64,000 bases of DNA from the NCBI RefSeq assembly GCF_009914755.1, contig NC_060943.1; one strand, given 5' to 3'. The DNA comes from the human T2T-CHM13v2.0 reference genome, Homo sapiens. The notes beneath the pieces were generated by a model. It had not been told where the DNA came from. It did no database searches and saw nothing but the letters and a program-made list of their open reading frames with translations. Position 1 is the stretch's first letter. Every line of letters starts with the position of its first letter. Shown piece after piece: positions 61,030 through 64,000 of the stretch. A program made the translations under genes and the position numbers.

Positions 61030-62074
61030 TGTATTGGGCCATATTTGAATTGCTATAAAGAACTATCCGAGGCTGGGTAATTTATAAAGAAGTTTAATTG
61101 ACTCACAGTTCTGCAGGCTTTACAGGAAACATGGTGCTGGCATCTGCTCACCTTCCGAGGAAGCCTCAGGAATGTTAAAATCATGGTGGAAGGAAAAAGG
61201 GGAGTGGGCATGTCACATGGCAAGAATAGGAGCAAGAGAGAGGAAAGTTCCATACACTTTTTTTTTTTTTTTTTTTTTTTTCTGGAGACAGGGTCTCGCT
61301 GTCACCCAGGCTGGAGTGCACTGGCACGATCTTGGCTCACTGCAACCTCTGTCTCCTGGGTTCAAGTGATCCTCATGCTTCAGCCTCCTGAGTAGCTGGG
61401 ATTACAGGCATGCATCACCATGCCTGGCTAATGTTTATATTTTAGTAGAGACAACTGTTCACCACGTTGACCAGCCTGGTTTTGAACACCTGGCCACAAG
61501 TGATCTGCCTGCTCCAACCTCCCTAAATGCTGGGATTACAGGCATGACCCACCATGCCTAACGTGCCATACACTTTTAACCAACAAGATCTCAGCCAGGC
61601 GCAGTGGCTCACACCTATAATCCCAGCACTTTGGGAGGCCGAGGCAGGCAGATCACTAGGTCAAGAAATTGAGACCATCCTGGCCAACATGGTGAAACTC
61701 CATGTCTACTAAAAATACAAAAATTAGCCAGGCATGGTGGTGTGCACCTGTAGTCCCAGCTACTCAGGGAGACTGAGGCAGGAGAATCACTTGAACCTGG
61801 GAGGCAGAGGTTGCAGTGAGCCTAGATCACGCCACTGCATTCCAGCCTGGCGACAGAGAGAGACTCCGTCTCAAAAAAGCAAAACAAACAAAAAAACAAG
61901 ATCTCACCAGAACTCACTATCCCAAGAAGAGCAAAAAGCGGGTGGTGCTAAACCATTCTTGAGAAATCCACCCCTGTGATCCAATCATCTCCCACCAGGC
62001 CCCACCTCCAATAAAGGGGATTAAAATTCCACATGAGATTTCAGACGGAAGTGACAAATATACAAGCTATATCA
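61030..62074 (-). mobile_element. Paralogous MST LTR in the ZNF836 3'UTR, containing two Alus
   Basis: Same termini and position as 21564-21986; Alus at about 61259-61563 (-) and 61594-61894 (+). Confidence 0.82.
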
Positions 62075-62085
62075 ATAAGTATGAA

Positions 62086-63999
<1,914 letters not shown>

Positions 64000-64000
64000 C

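Overview
Primate (human-like) genomic DNA, dense in Alu, L1 and ERV repeats, from a tandem KRAB zinc-finger cluster. From protein sequence I recognise it as 19q13.41: ZNF841 5' end, complete ZNF616, ZNF836 3' end, all on the minus strand. ZNF616 can be rebuilt from four exons (non-coding exon 1, MATQ exon, 127-nt KRAB-A exon, 21-finger exon), giving 781 aa with no KRAB-B exon. The window is an old tandem duplication: about 340-24300 is paralogous to about 44150-64000, so each copy serves as the 'empty site' for the other. Retrocopies present: TMEM50B (apparently from an exon-skipped mRNA), RPL37 (intact ORF), 5S rRNA and U13 snoRNA. Most notable observations: (i) an L1 and an Alu inserted independently at the same paralogous nucleotide with the same target duplication; (ii) a possible unannotated MROH/HEAT-like gene relic in both copies; (iii) a latent in-frame NLS-like non-AUG N-terminal extension of ZNF616; (iv) a shared MST LTR that may supply the poly(A) site, carrying a head-to-head Alu pair in ZNF836; (v) a micro-inversion of an Alu tail beside the RPL37 insertion; (vi) a tandem-duplicated CTCF-like motif. 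I found no convincing wholly new biological system. Gene and repeat names come from recalled sequences, not searches, and most short ORFs in the track are Alu-derived noise.
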